Assembly (NCBI GenBank): GCA_002104905.1
Contig: MCFE01000056.1
Span: 131,545-195,544 of the forward strand
Length of the DNA: 64,000 nucleotides
Source of the DNA: Basidiobolus meristosporus CBS 931.73
Taxonomy: Eukaryota; Fungi; Basidiobolomycota
Direction: 5' to 3'
Part shown: positions 29,953 to 42,005 of the stretch, one piece after another
How the letters are laid out: the number at the start of each line of letters is the position of its first letter
Numbering within the stretch: the first letter of the stretch is position 1
Translations under genes and position numbers: made by a program
The notes under the pieces: model-generated
What the model saw: the letters and a program-made list of their open reading frames with translations, nothing else
Told to the model about the DNA's origin: nothing
The model's database searches: none

Positions 29953-30530
29953 GTATGAACCTACCTTGAATGCTAGTCACGCGAACGGCAGCTTGGATTC
30001 CGCGGGTGGTGACAATGCGACTTGGTTGGAACATTGTCTAACTGTGGGTTTCGCAGGATAGAATGGAAAGGAATCTCGGGTTAATTTTCGTCTCGCACAA
30101 TGTTAGAAACGTAACTAGGAACGCCTACGAACCGAAGTAGAATATCTTCAAAGACAAACGAATAGACCACACGTGTGTAAAGATATCGACCGAACGAACA
30201 ATTTTTTCCATTACTGCAATGGGGTGGGTCATTGCGATCGGCCGGAAAAGTAATCATGCGCAAATAATTAATATCCCATTATTTACGGAGCGAAATAAAT
30301 GCCCCTCGAATTGCTCGTTGCATCTTCAGCATCGTTTCCTCGATTATTACTTGAGAGTACCGTCATCCAACGGTTTCAAGACTGTCGTCGAGGATTAGAT
30401 TGAATGTGGGACAAGTTGGGGATTCTTTCCGAGCCAGCGATGGTTATATTGAAGATTCCCTTACAGTCTACACGACAATTCCCTTTTATATCTTGAAAAG
30501 TAAAGTTGTTGGTTGTTTATTAGGATTGCA

Positions 30531-31766
30531 TTAGATAGATTTGATCGCTCTTCTGTTGTGACGTTTTCTGTAATGGGGTTTACCGGCGTGTTTACATTCA
30601 TGTTTACCGCCACCGTTGGATCCGTGACCTCCTGAGCCGGTACCTTTATCTGCGCCATAGCTAGAATCATGCGTCCCAGATTCATAATCCTTGCTACCAC
30701 TACCACCTCCATGTTCACCTGTATCATAGCTTCCAGCTACCTTTCCAGAACCTCCACTGCCACCACCATTCTCATAATTGTCGCCATTCGCTCCATGCTC
30801 TCCAGAGTCGTAATCCTGTTTACCACCTCCACCGCCACTTCCATTGTGTTCACCAGACCCATAGCTTTCAGGCACTTTACTACCGTTTCCGCCGTTTCCG
30901 CCACTTTCATAGTCATCCTCTTCTGCTGTATGCTTTCCAGAGTCGTAGTCATGTCCCTTGCCACCCCCATTTCCTCCGTGTTCACCTGATTCATAGCTGC
31001 CGGAACCTCCGCCACCATTACCACCACTTCCATATCCTTTGTCTTGGACGCCACTACCAGAGCCATGGTTATCACCACCACCACCACCATTGCCTTCATA
31101 ATCATCCCCCTCGGAGTAATCGCCAGCTCCATGGCTGTTGCCGCCATTACCACCACTACTTTCATAATTCTTCTCCTTGGAATGATCACCGGAGCCAGAA
31201 CCAGTGCCATAGCTATCACTACCGCTACCTCCGATGTCACCACCTTCATAATCCTTGTCTTTTGAATGGCCGCCAGAGTCATAACTATCACCGCCGCTAC
31301 CACCAGTACCTCCGTTGCCATCGCCTTCATAATCATTGTCCTTTGAGTGGTCACCTGAGCCATAGCTATCATCACCGCTACCACCGCTGCCACCACTGCC
31401 TTCATAATCCTTGTCATTTGAGTGGTCACCTGAGTCATAGCTATCACCACCGCTGCCACCACTGCCACCGCTGCCTTCATAATCCTTGTCTTTTGAGTGG
31501 TCACCTGAGTCATAGCTATCACCAGCACTACCTCCACCCCCATTATGATCATCGTAGTTGCCAATGTCATAGCCACCTTTACCACCACCACTGGCGCCGG
31601 TACTGGTTGACTGATAACCGGAGCCACCACCTCCTGAGATATCTGTACCCTTCCCACCGGTGTATTTCTTCACGTCATAGCCACCTCCATGTTCGTCCGT
31701 ATTGTAGGTAGGGAGAGCAGTTACAGTTGCGATGTACAATAAAGAAGCGAACAAAGAAGTCTTCAT
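30531..31766 (-). CDS. Secreted Gly/Ser/Asp/Tyr-rich repeat protein (411 aa)
   Basis: Signal peptide MKTSLFASLLYIATVTA; repeats GSGGSGGDSYDSGDHSKDKDYE; basic C-tail; intronless. Confidence 0.85.
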   Translation of the reverse strand: MKTSLFASLLYIATVTALPTYNTDEHGGGYDVKKYTGGKGTDISGGGGSGYQSTSTGASGGGKGGYDIGNYDDHNGGGGSAGDSYDSGDHSKDKDYEGSGGSGGSGGDSYDSGDHSNDKDYEGSGGSGGSGDDSYGSGDHSKDNDYEGDGNGGTGGSGGDSYDSGGHSKDKDYEGGDIGGSGSDSYGTGSGSGDHSKEKNYESSGGNGGNSHGAGDYSEGDDYEGNGGGGGDNHGSGSGVQDKGYGSGGNGGGGSGSYESGEHGGNGGGKGHDYDSGKHTAEEDDYESGGNGGNGSKVPESYGSGEHNGSGGGGGKQDYDSGEHGANGDNYENGGGSGGSGKVAGSYDTGEHGGGSGSKDYESGTHDSSYGADKGTGSGGHGSNGGGKHECKHAGKPHYRKRHNRRAIKSI

Positions 31767-32175
31767 ATTTCAAATCTAGTAGGAACGTAACAAGTGAATG
31801 TGAGTAGAAGTTGACAGCAAGCCTCTCTTTTATAGATGTTCATCCGGAATCTCGCTGCGTTGTGAGGCATGCTAATGCTAGCTATTTTAGTGATGTGGAG
31901 AGTTCATTAGGGGGCGCATAAAGTGCATCTGATTGCCTCTTACCCTTCTGCCTGAATTCCCAAATATGGGCATGGTTCCCTCATGGCGTATTCCCTTATG
32001 TCGGATTTTCACATTACCTTTGGCTTGCCTTTGTATTTGCCTAACTAGAGACTGATGAGTGATTCAAGTTGGAAAGGTCCGAACAATTATTCTTAAAACG
32101 TCAATAATTTATTAAATTAAATCGGGGCATGAATACATCTCTCAGTAACTTTAAATTGGTGCGTGAATACATCTC

Positions 32176-32772
32176 TCAGTAACTTCCATGTTCATCATCA
32201 TACTCCCCCTCTCCACTGCCACCACCATCACCGCCTGCGCTGTAGTCTCCAGAACCGTGATCCTCATCCTCATGATAATCATCATCACCACCTCCGCTTC
32301 CGCCGCCACTTTCATGGCCACTAGACCCATAGCTTTCACTGGCTTCACCGCCATTATCATAATCTTCGTCATCTTCGTAGTGTCCCTCGCCTCCTCCATG
32401 GCCACCGGATTTGTAACCTCCATCGCCCTTTCCACCACCTTCACTTACTTCACCTCCTCCATGGCCACCTGCCTCATAGTCTTCACCACTACCTCCGCCA
32501 TGACCACCTGACCCGTAGTCCTCCTCATCACCACCACCACCACCGCCAGAATGATGGTCATCGTCTCCATGATAGTCGTCGTGACCGCTTCCATTATCAT
32601 CGTAGTCACCAGAATCATGATGAGTGGTGTCACCAGCGCCAGAGTGACCGCCACCGTGACTGTCATCGTAAACCTGAACCTCATGGCCGCCTCCAGCACC
32701 GCCGGTACTATATGTGGGCAGGGCGGTTACCATGGCCAGATAGATCAAAGAAAGGAAAAGTGAGGCTCTCAT
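32176..32772 (-). CDS. Secreted Gly/Asp/His/Tyr-rich protein (198 aa), paralog of 30531-31766
   Basis: Signal peptide MRASLFLSLIYLAMVTA followed by LPTY, the same as its neighbour. Confidence 0.8.
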   Translation of the reverse strand: MRASLFLSLIYLAMVTALPTYSTGGAGGGHEVQVYDDSHGGGHSGAGDTTHHDSGDYDDNGSGHDDYHGDDDHHSGGGGGGDEEDYGSGGHGGGSGEDYEAGGHGGGEVSEGGGKGDGGYKSGGHGGGEGHYEDDEDYDNGGEASESYGSSGHESGGGSGGGDDDYHEDEDHGSGDYSAGGDGGGSGEGEYDDEHGSY

Positions 32773-33241
32773 GATTGGTGAAGAAAAAAAACTGATGGGT
32801 TGAAGGGTCGAAATCTCGCAACACTTTATACCTGTCTTCGCTAAGTCCACTCAAGCAACAATCCCTGATCTCCTGCGTAACTTTAAGCACGTTGATGCCA
32901 GACTTCCAATTACCCCAGGCCGCTGCTTACATTGATCCAAAACGGTCGTTGCCTTTTTTGGGAAGCCCTGATGATTGGGTCAAAATTACGATGTAATTTA
33001 CCTTTCTTCCAACGTGGAAGGTGGAGTTGATCCGGGACCGAATCGGAGAGAACCTAACCACGCGGCCTGGGGACCTTTACCAGACTGTCGACTTCGGCAT
33101 TGGATGGAATGAAATTGACAACACCGTAAATTTTACAGATTGGTCGAGCGGTGGGAATGTTCGGTGCTCTGGACCTAATGTTCGATACCGTCCGTGGCTT
33201 ATATAAACCGGAGGGATGCCCATTTCTCTAACCACACAATC

Positions 33242-33721
33242 ATGAAGTTCTCCGCTTTTCAAATCCTCCTGCCCTTGACCGTTGTCGCCCAGCTGGCCTT
33301 GGCTTTCGATGCAAACACCCTCCTAGGAATGGTCAATCAAGAACGACAGAAGGTTGGCGTCCCTGTTCTATCGCTAGATGCTAGACTCATGGTGGCCGCT
33401 CAGAGACACAATGCCTACCAAGTCAGCATCCAAACCATGACCCATGACGAGCCCAATAGATCTCTGGGAGATAGAGTAAGCGAGACTGGATACCAATGGA
33501 GTAATGTTGGGGAAAACGTGGCCGCCGGCTTTCCCGATGAAGCGTCCGTAATGAATGCTTGGATGAACTCCCCAGAGCACCGTAGCAATATCCTGAGTCC
33601 CGCATTTACTCAAATCGGAGTCGCCTACAATCCCCAAGGCAGCTATTGGACTCAGGAATTCGCGAGACCAATGATCATGAGAAAGAGATCTCCAAAATTT
33701 GTTGGCAGAAACAATCACTAA
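33242..33721 (+). CDS. Secreted CAP/SCP-domain protein (YkwD-like subtype)
   Basis: Signal peptide; VNQER.KVG...LSLD.RL..AAQRH; VGENVAAG; WMNSPEHRSNIL; YWTQEF. Confidence 0.9.
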   Translation: MKFSAFQILLPLTVVAQLALAFDANTLLGMVNQERQKVGVPVLSLDARLMVAAQRHNAYQVSIQTMTHDEPNRSLGDRVSETGYQWSNVGENVAAGFPDEASVMNAWMNSPEHRSNILSPAFTQIGVAYNPQGSYWTQEFARPMIMRKRSPKFVGRNNH

Positions 33722-34177
33722 TCCGCACGTTACCCAGACCGCAATACCATACCCTACCCTACCCATACCATTCCTGTTACCCAGGTCGAAATCCTAGATA
33801 CCAATAGAAAACGAGGCTTTCCCTCCGGAAGGGGAATAATATATCTGTTACCTAGATCAGTTCAATAAATTCTAATGGCTGTCCGTCGATGGGCGCTAAC
33901 TTACTATTTCCGCTTTGTGCAAATCTAATCAACTTGCTTTAAATTGCTGCGTCTATACCTCTACCTAACCCATCCAATCCCAGCGAATCCTTTGCAATTC
34001 TAGTGAAAATACACAACCATCGAGCCTCTCATCGCATGAAACATTGGGCCCGGTCCATTGGTTTGTAAAAGGTTTCGGGAAATTTCCAAAATTTTCCATT
34101 CGAGATCTTGGTAGTTATACTACCATACGATAGCATAACATTTGTGTGGTTTATTATGTACTTGGTATCAAAACTCT

Positions 34178-34375
34178 CTAATAATCATCGTAGTCATCCC
34201 CACCACTGCCCCCTCCATACATTCTTCTTCCGTGGCTGTGGTCGCCATAATCATAATCACCACCACCATGACCTACTCCCTTGTAGTCGGGATCGTAAGA
34301 ACGCTCAAGGACTGTAGCATTGATGACCACCGCTGCGGAGACGACAAGGAATAGCTTTACAGCGGAGAATCTCCT
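34178..34375 (-). pseudogene. DY-repeat secreted precursor copy 1, start codon apparently lost (ATG>AGG)
   Basis: CAAC-AGG-AGA-TTC-TCC-GCT-GTA-AAG aligns to ATG-AAA-TAC-TCx in paralogs; the rest encodes VLERSYDPDYKGVGHG...DYDDY. Confidence 0.65.
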
Positions 34376-34722
34376 GTTGAAATAATGATATAAAGCAGTG
34401 GACAGTCGGGTCATTTTATAGTGCGACTGAAGTATGTAATACAGTAGTATACTTCATCTGTATTACGAGTTTGAAATCGAGTCATAAGTTCTGGTGCCCT
34501 CGCTCTGCAATGTTATAGTAGGTTCACGCTTTTGTTTCCTTGTAGTGCTCCTGTTATACCAACTTAGTAGGACCTAAACTTTCTGTTGTGACTAAACACT
34601 GGCACACTAGTTGGCCTGATCTTGTTGCTGGTAGAGATTTCCAACATTTAAGAAAATATATGGAGATATTCACTCGAATGTCGTTTATTGTGTACTTGGT
34701 ATCAAGAGGGTATCCAAAATCT

Positions 34723-35106
34723 CTAATAGTCGTCATAGCCATCACCACGACCACGACCACCACCACCATGCTTCCTCCTTCCATCGTAGTCATCATCGTA
34801 GTCGTTGCCGTCGTATCTCTTTCTCCCGTGGCCGCGGCCATCGTAGTCATCATCGTAGTCGTCACCATCATGTCTCCTTCCTCGGCCACGGCCATTGCCA
34901 TCGTAATCATCATCGTAGTCGCCACCTCCGCCACCACCATATCTCCTTCTTCCGTGACCATGGCCGTCGTAGTCATCGTCGTAGTCACCGCCACCACCGT
35001 GACCTACTCCCTTGTAGTCAGGATCGTAAGAGCGCTCAAGGACTGTGGCGTTGATAGCCAACGCAGCGGAGATGACAAGGAGAAGCTTTGCAACAGAGTA
35101 TTTCAT
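34723..35106 (-). CDS. DY-repeat secreted precursor copy 2
   Basis: MKYSVAKLLLVISAALAINA-TVLERSYDPDYKGVGHG; DYDDDYDG repeats separated by RR/RK; TATAAAT ~40 nt upstream. Confidence 0.88.
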   Translation of the reverse strand: MKYSVAKLLLVISAALAINATVLERSYDPDYKGVGHGGGGDYDDDYDGHGHGRRRYGGGGGGDYDDDYDGNGRGRGRRHDGDDYDDDYDGRGHGRKRYDGNDYDDDYDGRRKHGGGGRGRGDGYDDY

Positions 35107-35554
35107 CTTGAGATGGTGATTTGAAGGAGTGGACGGCTGGTGGTATTTATAAGAAGAAACCATGCGTGAGTATTAGCACGCTCTATAGGTTTATCAGTGT
35201 TGTGGGTTTGTATACGCACATTCAAATGCAGAGTGCATACACTGCAAGCTAGCCATGGCTTACGACAGGATCATACCTTCACTCTGCAGCGTCAGTTTGT
35301 AGATCTTCAGGTGTAGGTGTGTCCCGTGCGCCGCGTAGTACTTGCAGCATCAATATGTGCCAGCTACGAATCAATCACTATTTTGGTCAGATCTTGTTGT
35401 TTGCCCATTTCAGCAATAAGAAGGCAAGCAGTGGTTTCAGAAATTTAAGCTCACATGACTGCTTAATGCCTGTAAGTATTTACAACTCTGGATGTGTAAT
35501 GGCGTAGCATAGTTTATTGTGAATCTGGTATCAAAAAGAATGTATCTCAAGTCT

Positions 35555-35914
35555 CTAGTAGTCGTCATAGCCATCACCACGGCCACCACCACCACCATGC
35601 CTCTTTCTCCCATCGTAGTCATCATCGTAATCATTGCCATGCTTCTTTCTTCTTCCGTGACCGTGACCATCGTAGTCATCGCCGTAGTCATCGCCATCAT
35701 ATCTCCTTCCTCTTCACGCATGCCATCATAGTCTCATCGTAGTCATCGTCATACTTCTTCTTCCATGGCCATTACCATCGTAGTCATCGTCGTAGTCACC
35801 GCCACCATGACCTACCCCCTTGTAGTCAGGGTCGTAGGAGCGCTCAAGGACTGTAGCGTTGATAGCCAACGCAGCGGAGACGACAAGGAGAAGCTTTGCA
35901 ATGGAGTATTTCAT
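35555..35914 (-). pseudogene. DY-repeat secreted precursor copy 3, frameshifted
   Basis: Normal N-terminus, then a frameshift after GHGRR. The paralogous C-terminus is still present downstream, ending at TAG 35555-35557. Confidence 0.75.
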
Positions 35915-36347
35915 GCTGAGATAGTGATTTGAAGGAGAGGCCGATCGGATTTATATACAGGGTGGTGAGAGTAAACACAAGCAGTAGCACGCTTCACTGG
36001 TGTTGTGGATTTGTATTGCACAATAAATCTTTGTGATCGAATCATGACATGTGGTAGTCACCTCCCACAGTCTGCAGTGTTAAGGCATCGAATATTATGA
36101 TCCTCTATTTAATTCAGGCACCACGTGTTACTTATAGTCACGGCGGGATACTCTAAATGACTACAACTTATTAATATTAGCTAAGTACACCATTGGCAAA
36201 TTACCAGAATTTCCTGAACTTCGTATAGTCTATTGTGGTTCTTATGCTAGCATGAAGCTAATATCATTCAAGGAATCTTGCAACTTTGTTAATTGGTGAC
36301 AATCGCTGTTTATTAGATATTTGGTATCAAGAGGGTATCTAGAATCT

Positions 36348-36695
36348 CTAGTAGTCATCATAGCCATCACCACGGCCACCACTACCACCACCATACTTCT
36401 TTCTTCCATCGTAATCGTTGCCATGCTTCTTTCTTCTTCCGTGACCGTGGCCATCGTAGTCATCACCATCGTATCTCCTTCCTCTTCCACGGCCATTGCC
36501 ATCGTAGTCGTCATCGTAGTCATCGTCATACTTCTTTCTTCTTCCATGGCCATTGCCGTCGTAGTCATCGTCATAGTCACCGCCACCATGACCTACCCCC
36601 TTGTATTCAGGTTCGTAGGAGCGCTCAAGAACTGTAGCATTGATAGCCAACGCAGCGGAGATGACAAGGAGAAGCTTTGCAATGGAGTATTTCAT
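36348..36695 (-). CDS. DY-repeat secreted precursor copy 4
   Basis: 115 aa, same signal peptide and repeats. Confidence 0.88.
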   Translation of the reverse strand: MKYSIAKLLLVISAALAINATVLERSYEPEYKGVGHGGGDYDDDYDGNGHGRRKKYDDDYDDDYDGNGRGRGRRYDGDDYDGHGHGRRKKHGNDYDGRKKYGGGSGGRGDGYDDY

Positions 36696-37147
36696 GCTGA
36701 GATAGTGATTTGAAGGGGGGGGGGCTGATCAGATTTATATACAGGGTGGTGAGAGTAAGCATAAGCAGTAGCACAAGCAGTAGCATGCTTCATCAGTGTT
36801 GTGGATTTGTGTTGAGCCTTGCAATCGCTTCAAGCTGCAGTGCTAAGGCATGGGGATTGTCGGTTTGATACATGTGCCACGTGTTAATTTTGGCCACAGT
36901 GGGGTGTCAACTTGTCACAATATGCTCTACCAGGCCACAATTTGGTCTGTTTTCTTTGCTAGATAACCACACTAACAGCAAATTACCAGATATTTCCTGA
37001 ACTTCGTGTTTCAGCATTCGGTACTTGACCTCTTGTGGGTTCTTATGTTGGCATGAAGCTGATATTATTAGAGGAATCTTACAACCTTGTAAATGGAGAA
37101 AATTACACTTTATTAGTTATTTGATATCAAAAGGGTATCTGGAATCA

Positions 37148-37354
37148 TTAATAGTCGTCATAGTCGCCACCCCCACCTCCGCCATATCTCCTTGTTCCGT
37201 GATCATGGGCGTCGTATTCATCGTCGTAATCACCACCACCGCCGCCATGGCCTACTCCCTTGTAGTCAGGATCGTAGGAGCACTCAAGAACTGTGGTATT
37301 GATAGCCAACACTGCGGAGATGACAAGAAGGAGCTTTGCTACAGAGTATTTCAT
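37148..37354 (-). CDS. DY-repeat secreted precursor copy 5 (short, 68 aa)
   Basis: Same N-terminus, single repeat. Confidence 0.75.
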   Translation of the reverse strand: MKYSVAKLLLVISAVLAINTTVLECSYDPDYKGVGHGGGGGDYDDEYDAHDHGTRRYGGGGGGDYDDY

Positions 37355-37665
37355 CTGGAGATAGTAAATTAGAGTGACAAACCTAGTGCATATATAGGGT
37401 GATGAGAGTGAGTATATGTGATATCATGCTCTACAGTTTATGTAAGATCTAACAGGCTACAATATGGCTCTAATCATTTGTTAATCAAGCACACCATTAG
37501 CAAATTACCAAAATTCCTGAACTTTGGTATTCAAAATATAACCTGTGGTGGTTTCTTATGCTGATAGTATTGGTGTGTAATTTTATCACTTAGTAAACTG
37601 GAGATAATCAGTGCTTATTGTGTATATGGTGTCAGGAGGATATCATGAAGGTATCAAGAGAGTAT

Positions 37666-37998
37666 CTAGAATTGCTGGTAGTCGTCATAACCATCACCAC
37701 GGCCGCTACCACCATACTTCTTTCTTCCATCGTAGTCGTTGCCATGCTTCTTTCTTCCGTGACCGTGGCCATCGTAGTCATCGCCATCGTATCGCCTTCT
37801 TCCACGGCCATTGCCATCGTAGTCATCACCATACTTCTTTCTTCTTCCATGGCCATTGCTGTCATAATCATCGTCATAGTCACCACCACCATGACCCATC
37901 CCCTTGTAGTCAGGATCGTAAGAGCGCTCAAGGACAATAGCATTGATAGTCAGTGCCGTGGAGATGACAAGGAGAAGCTTTGCGATGGAATATTTCAT
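37666..37998 (-). CDS. DY-repeat secreted precursor copy 6
   Basis: MKYSIAKLLL start at 37998; stop mutated, giving a 3-aa extension QQF. Confidence 0.82.
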   Translation of the reverse strand: MKYSIAKLLLVISTALTINAIVLERSYDPDYKGMGHGGGDYDDDYDSNGHGRRKKYGDDYDGNGRGRRRYDGDDYDGHGHGRKKHGNDYDGRKKYGGSGRGDGYDDYQQF

Positions 37999-38379
37999 GT
38001 TGGAAGCGTGGCAGGAAACCATATCTTTTTGTAGGGTGATGGGAGTATATACATGCAGTAGTGCGCTGTACAGTTTCATCAGTACTGTAGCTTGGTATCG
38101 AGACATGATACCGATGTCTTTACTCCGTAATTTAACTCACAACTTTGTTTACTTGAGATGCTCCTGTTATATCAACTCTTCTGTTGCGGGTCCTAACCAA
38201 TCACGGGCATACTAGTTGGCCTGATCTTGTTGCTGGTAGAGATTTCCAACATATAAGCCCTGGCGAGGTATTTTATGTAAATGAGGCATTTTATGCAATT
38301 TGGGGCCAGAAAATATATGGAGATATTCACTCGAATGTCGTTTATTGTGTACTTGGTATCAAGAGGGTATCCAAAATCT

Positions 38380-38769
38380 CTAATAGTCGTCATAGCCATC
38401 ACCACGACCACGACCACCACCACCATGCTTCCTCCTTCCATCGTAGTCATCATCGTAGTCATCGCCGTCGTATCTCTTTCTTCCGTGGCCGCGGCCATCG
38501 TAGTCATCGTCGTAGTCGTCACCATCACGTCTCCTTCCACGGCCACGGCCACGGCCATTGCCATCGTAATCATCATCGTAGTCGCCACCTCCGCCACCGC
38601 CATATCTGCTTCTTCCGTGACCATGGCCGTCGTAGTCATCGTCGTAGTCACCGCCACCACCGTGACCTACTCCCTTGTAGTCAGGATCGTAAGAGCGCTC
38701 AAGGACTGTAGCGTTGATAGCCAACGCAGCGGAGATGACAAGGAGAAGCTTTGCAACAGAGTATTTCAT
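38380..38769 (-). CDS. DY-repeat secreted precursor copy 7
   Basis: Near-identical to copy 2. Confidence 0.88.
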   Translation of the reverse strand: MKYSVAKLLLVISAALAINATVLERSYDPDYKGVGHGGGGDYDDDYDGHGHGRSRYGGGGGGDYDDDYDGNGRGRGRGRRRDGDDYDDDYDGRGHGRKRYDGDDYDDDYDGRRKHGGGGRGRGDGYDDY

Positions 38770-39216
38770 CTTGAGATGGTGATTTGAAGGAGTGGACGGC
38801 TGGTGGTATTTATAAGAAGAAACCATGCGTGAGTATTAGCACCCTCTATAGGTTTATCAGTGTTGTGGGTTTGTATACGCACATTCAAATGCAGAGTGCA
38901 TACACTGCAAGCTAGTCATGGCTTACGACAGGATCTACCTTCACTCTGCAGCGTCAGTTTGTAGATCTTCAGGTGTAGGTGTGTCCCGTGCGCCGCGTAG
39001 TACTTGCAGCATCAATATGTGCCAGCTACGAATCAATCACTATTTTGGTCAGATCTTGTTGTTTGCCCATTTCAGCAATAAGAAGGCAAGCAGTGGTTTC
39101 AGAAATTTAAGCTCACATGGCTGCTTAATGCCTGTAAGTATTTACAACTCTGGATGTGTAATGGCGTAGCATAGTTTATTGTGTATCTGGTATCAAAAAG
39201 AATGTATCTCAAGTCT

Positions 39217-39585
39217 CTAGTAGTCGTCATAGCCATCACCACGGCCACCACCACCACCATGCCTCTTTCTCCCATCGTAGTCATCATCGTAATCATTGCC
39301 ATACTTCTTTCTTCTTCCGTGACCGTGGCCATCGTAGTCATCGTCGTAGTCATCGCCACCATATCTCCTTCCTCTTCCACGGCCATTGCCATCGTAGTCG
39401 TCATCGTAGTCATCGTCATACTTCTTTCTTCTTCCATGGCCATTACCGTCGTAGTCATCGTCGTAGTCACTACCACCATGACCTACCCCCTTGTAGTCAG
39501 GATCATAAGAGCGCTCAAGGACTGTTGCGTTGATAGCCAATGCAGCGGAGATGACAAGGAGAAGCTTTGCAATGGAGTATTTCAT
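39217..39585 (-). CDS. DY-repeat secreted precursor copy 8
   Basis: 122 aa; intact counterpart of copy 3. Confidence 0.88.
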   Translation of the reverse strand: MKYSIAKLLLVISAALAINATVLERSYDPDYKGVGHGGSDYDDDYDGNGHGRRKKYDDDYDDDYDGNGRGRGRRYGGDDYDDDYDGHGHGRRKKYGNDYDDDYDGRKRHGGGGGRGDGYDDY

Positions 39586-40108
39586 GCTGAGATAGTGATT
39601 TGAAGGAGAGACCGATCAGATTTATATATAGGGTGGTGAGAGTAAGCATATGTAGCAGCATGCATATAGCTTTCGACGCGTTCGCCTTGCATTCATACGA
39701 TAAGACTTGGATTAAATGCTAAGCTGGGTAAATCAATATGATGCAGGCTTGTTTGTAGGTTCATCATCTTGTTAGCTTTCCCACAATTCGATATTTTGGG
39801 CGCAATGGTTGCTTATTGAGTGCTTGTGGGCTCTAATGATCGACATATCTATCACACCGACCCTTGATCGTTGAAAAGGCACAGTGTCTGAAGTGTGAAG
39901 TAATTTTGCTTGTGGATGTCAAGCAATGGATATAATATCAGCCTTCTGCTCTCATAAATCCCGTAACTAAGCACTGTATTGAGCGGGCTATTTTTTCGAG
40001 GTTCAAGTAGCTGCAGCCTATCATATCTATAAATATATACACCCGTCAACGTATTGTAAGTAAACATCGTTTATTGTGTACTTGGTAACAAGAGGGTATC
40101 TAGAATTT

Positions 40109-40465
40109 CTAATAGTCGTCATAACCATCACCACGGCCACCACCATACTTCTTTCTTCCATGTCCATTGCCATCATAGTCATACTTCTTTCTTCTCCCGT
40201 GACCGTGACCATCGTAATCATCCTCGTAGTCATCTCCATCGTATCTCCTTCTTCCACGACCATTACCGTCATAATCGTCATCGTAGTCGTTGCCATACTT
40301 CTTTCTTCTTCCATGACCATTGCCGTCATAATCATCGTCATAGTCACCGCCATCACCATGACCTACCCCCTTGTAGTCAGGATCGTAAGAGCGCTCAAGG
40401 ACTGAAGCATTGATGGCCAACGCAGCGGAGATGACAAGGAGAAGCTTTGCAATGGAGTATTTCAT
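40109..40465 (-). CDS. DY-repeat secreted precursor copy 9
   Basis: Same family; ATG at 40465. Confidence 0.88.
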   Translation of the reverse strand: MKYSIAKLLLVISAALAINASVLERSYDPDYKGVGHGDGGDYDDDYDGNGHGRRKKYGNDYDDDYDGNGRGRRRYDGDDYEDDYDGHGHGRRKKYDYDGNGHGRKKYGGGRGDGYDDY

Positions 40466-40771
40466 CTTGAGATGGTGATTTGAAGGAGTGAACGACTGGA
40501 TGTATTTATAGGATAATGAGAGTAGACGCATGCAGTAGCACACTTTATCAGTGTTGTTGATTTGTATCGGTGGACTGCACAGCGCTAACAGTGATGTGTG
40601 ATCTCATCTTATGAGGTAGTTGATTTATGCCAAAACTTGCGTTCAACATGTGATCGGATTTGATTAATATGTCAACTATGGTTACCGCTATTCCCATGTT
40701 TAATGGCTCAATCACGTAGAATCGATCAAAGGAGATAGTGTTGTGCCCTGAGCTGAAGTTTGGAGAGTGAA

Positions 40772-40844
40772 GGGGCGTTGGCCTAATGGATAAGGCATCA
40801 GACTTCGGATCTGGGGATTGTGGGTTCGAGTCCCATGCGCCTCG
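40772..40844 (+). tRNA. tRNA-Arg(TCG) copy 1
   Basis: 73-nt cloverleaf GGGGCGT/GCGCCTC acceptor, anticodon loop CT-TCG-GA, TTCGAGT T-loop, TTTT terminator. Confidence 0.95.
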
Positions 40845-41081
40845 TTTTAGTATTTCAGCACCTCGATCCAGATTGGGTCAATCGCACTTTTTCTAACACT
40901 TCACCATGTTCGCCATTTCGGTGATTATCGGATGATTTGGATCAACTTCCAACACTTAAGCTGCCATTTTATGCTTTGCTAACGTCGCGTTGATAACCTT
41001 ATAAATGGATACACCTCTCAACATACCATGTGTAAATATCAGTTTATTGAGTATCTGGTATCAAAAAGGTATCTCAAGTCT

Positions 41082-41447
41082 CTAGTAGTCTTCATAGCCA
41101 TCACCACGACCACCACCACCATGCCTCTTTCTCCCATCGTAGTCATCATCGTAATCATTGCCATGCTTCTTTCTTCTTCCATGACCGTGGCCATCGTAAT
41201 CGTCGTCGTAGTCATCACCATTATATCTCCTTCTTCTTCCACCGCCATTGCCATCGTAGTCGTCGTCATAGTCATCACCATATTTCTTTCCTCTTCCATG
41301 GCCATTGCCGTCATAATCATCATCGTAGTCACCACCGCCATGACCTACCCCCTTGTAGTCAGGGTCGTAGGAACGCTCAAGGACTGTAGCATTGATAGCC
41401 AACGCAGCAGAGATGACAAGGAGAAGCTTTGCAACGGAGTATTTCAT
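41082..41447 (-). CDS. DY-repeat secreted precursor copy 10
   Basis: Same family; ATG at 41447. Confidence 0.88.
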   Translation of the reverse strand: MKYSVAKLLLVISAALAINATVLERSYDPDYKGVGHGGGDYDDDYDGNGHGRGKKYGDDYDDDYDGNGGGRRRRYNGDDYDDDYDGHGHGRRKKHGNDYDDDYDGRKRHGGGGRGDGYEDY

Positions 41448-42005
41448 CTTGAGATAGTGATTTGAAGGAGTAGCTGACCGAATGTATTTATAGGATAATG
41501 AGGGTAGACGCATGCAATAGCACACATTATCAGTTTTGTCGATTTGTATCGGTGAGCTGCACGGCACTAACATTGATGTGGGATCCCTTCTTATGAAGGA
41601 GTTGATTTATGCCAATACTTGCGTTTAACATGTGTTCAGATTCGAAGGATACGTCGAATAGGGTTACTACTATATCTCCAGATTTTGGTCCAACACGGTA
41701 TTGGATTTTAAGTAGGTTCATAGAATTGCTAAAGAAGGGTAGTCTTCTACCCTGAGCTGGACTTTGAAGTGTTATGAAATCCAGGCCAGTTCCCGTCCTT
41801 CTGTTTGGTGTAACAAGGTCTGTCCTTTATTTTAGCGTAGGATCTACTTTTTATACATTTCTCGATCATTTGCATACAACTTGTCTTACTTTAGCCCATC
41901 AGTCTTTGATCATTTTTGATGATTTTTGGTGTTGACGCATCTCTATATGCGACAACTTGCTGCCTGTTCTGGTCGGGATTCAGACTTTCATAACAGAAGA
42001 GTGAG

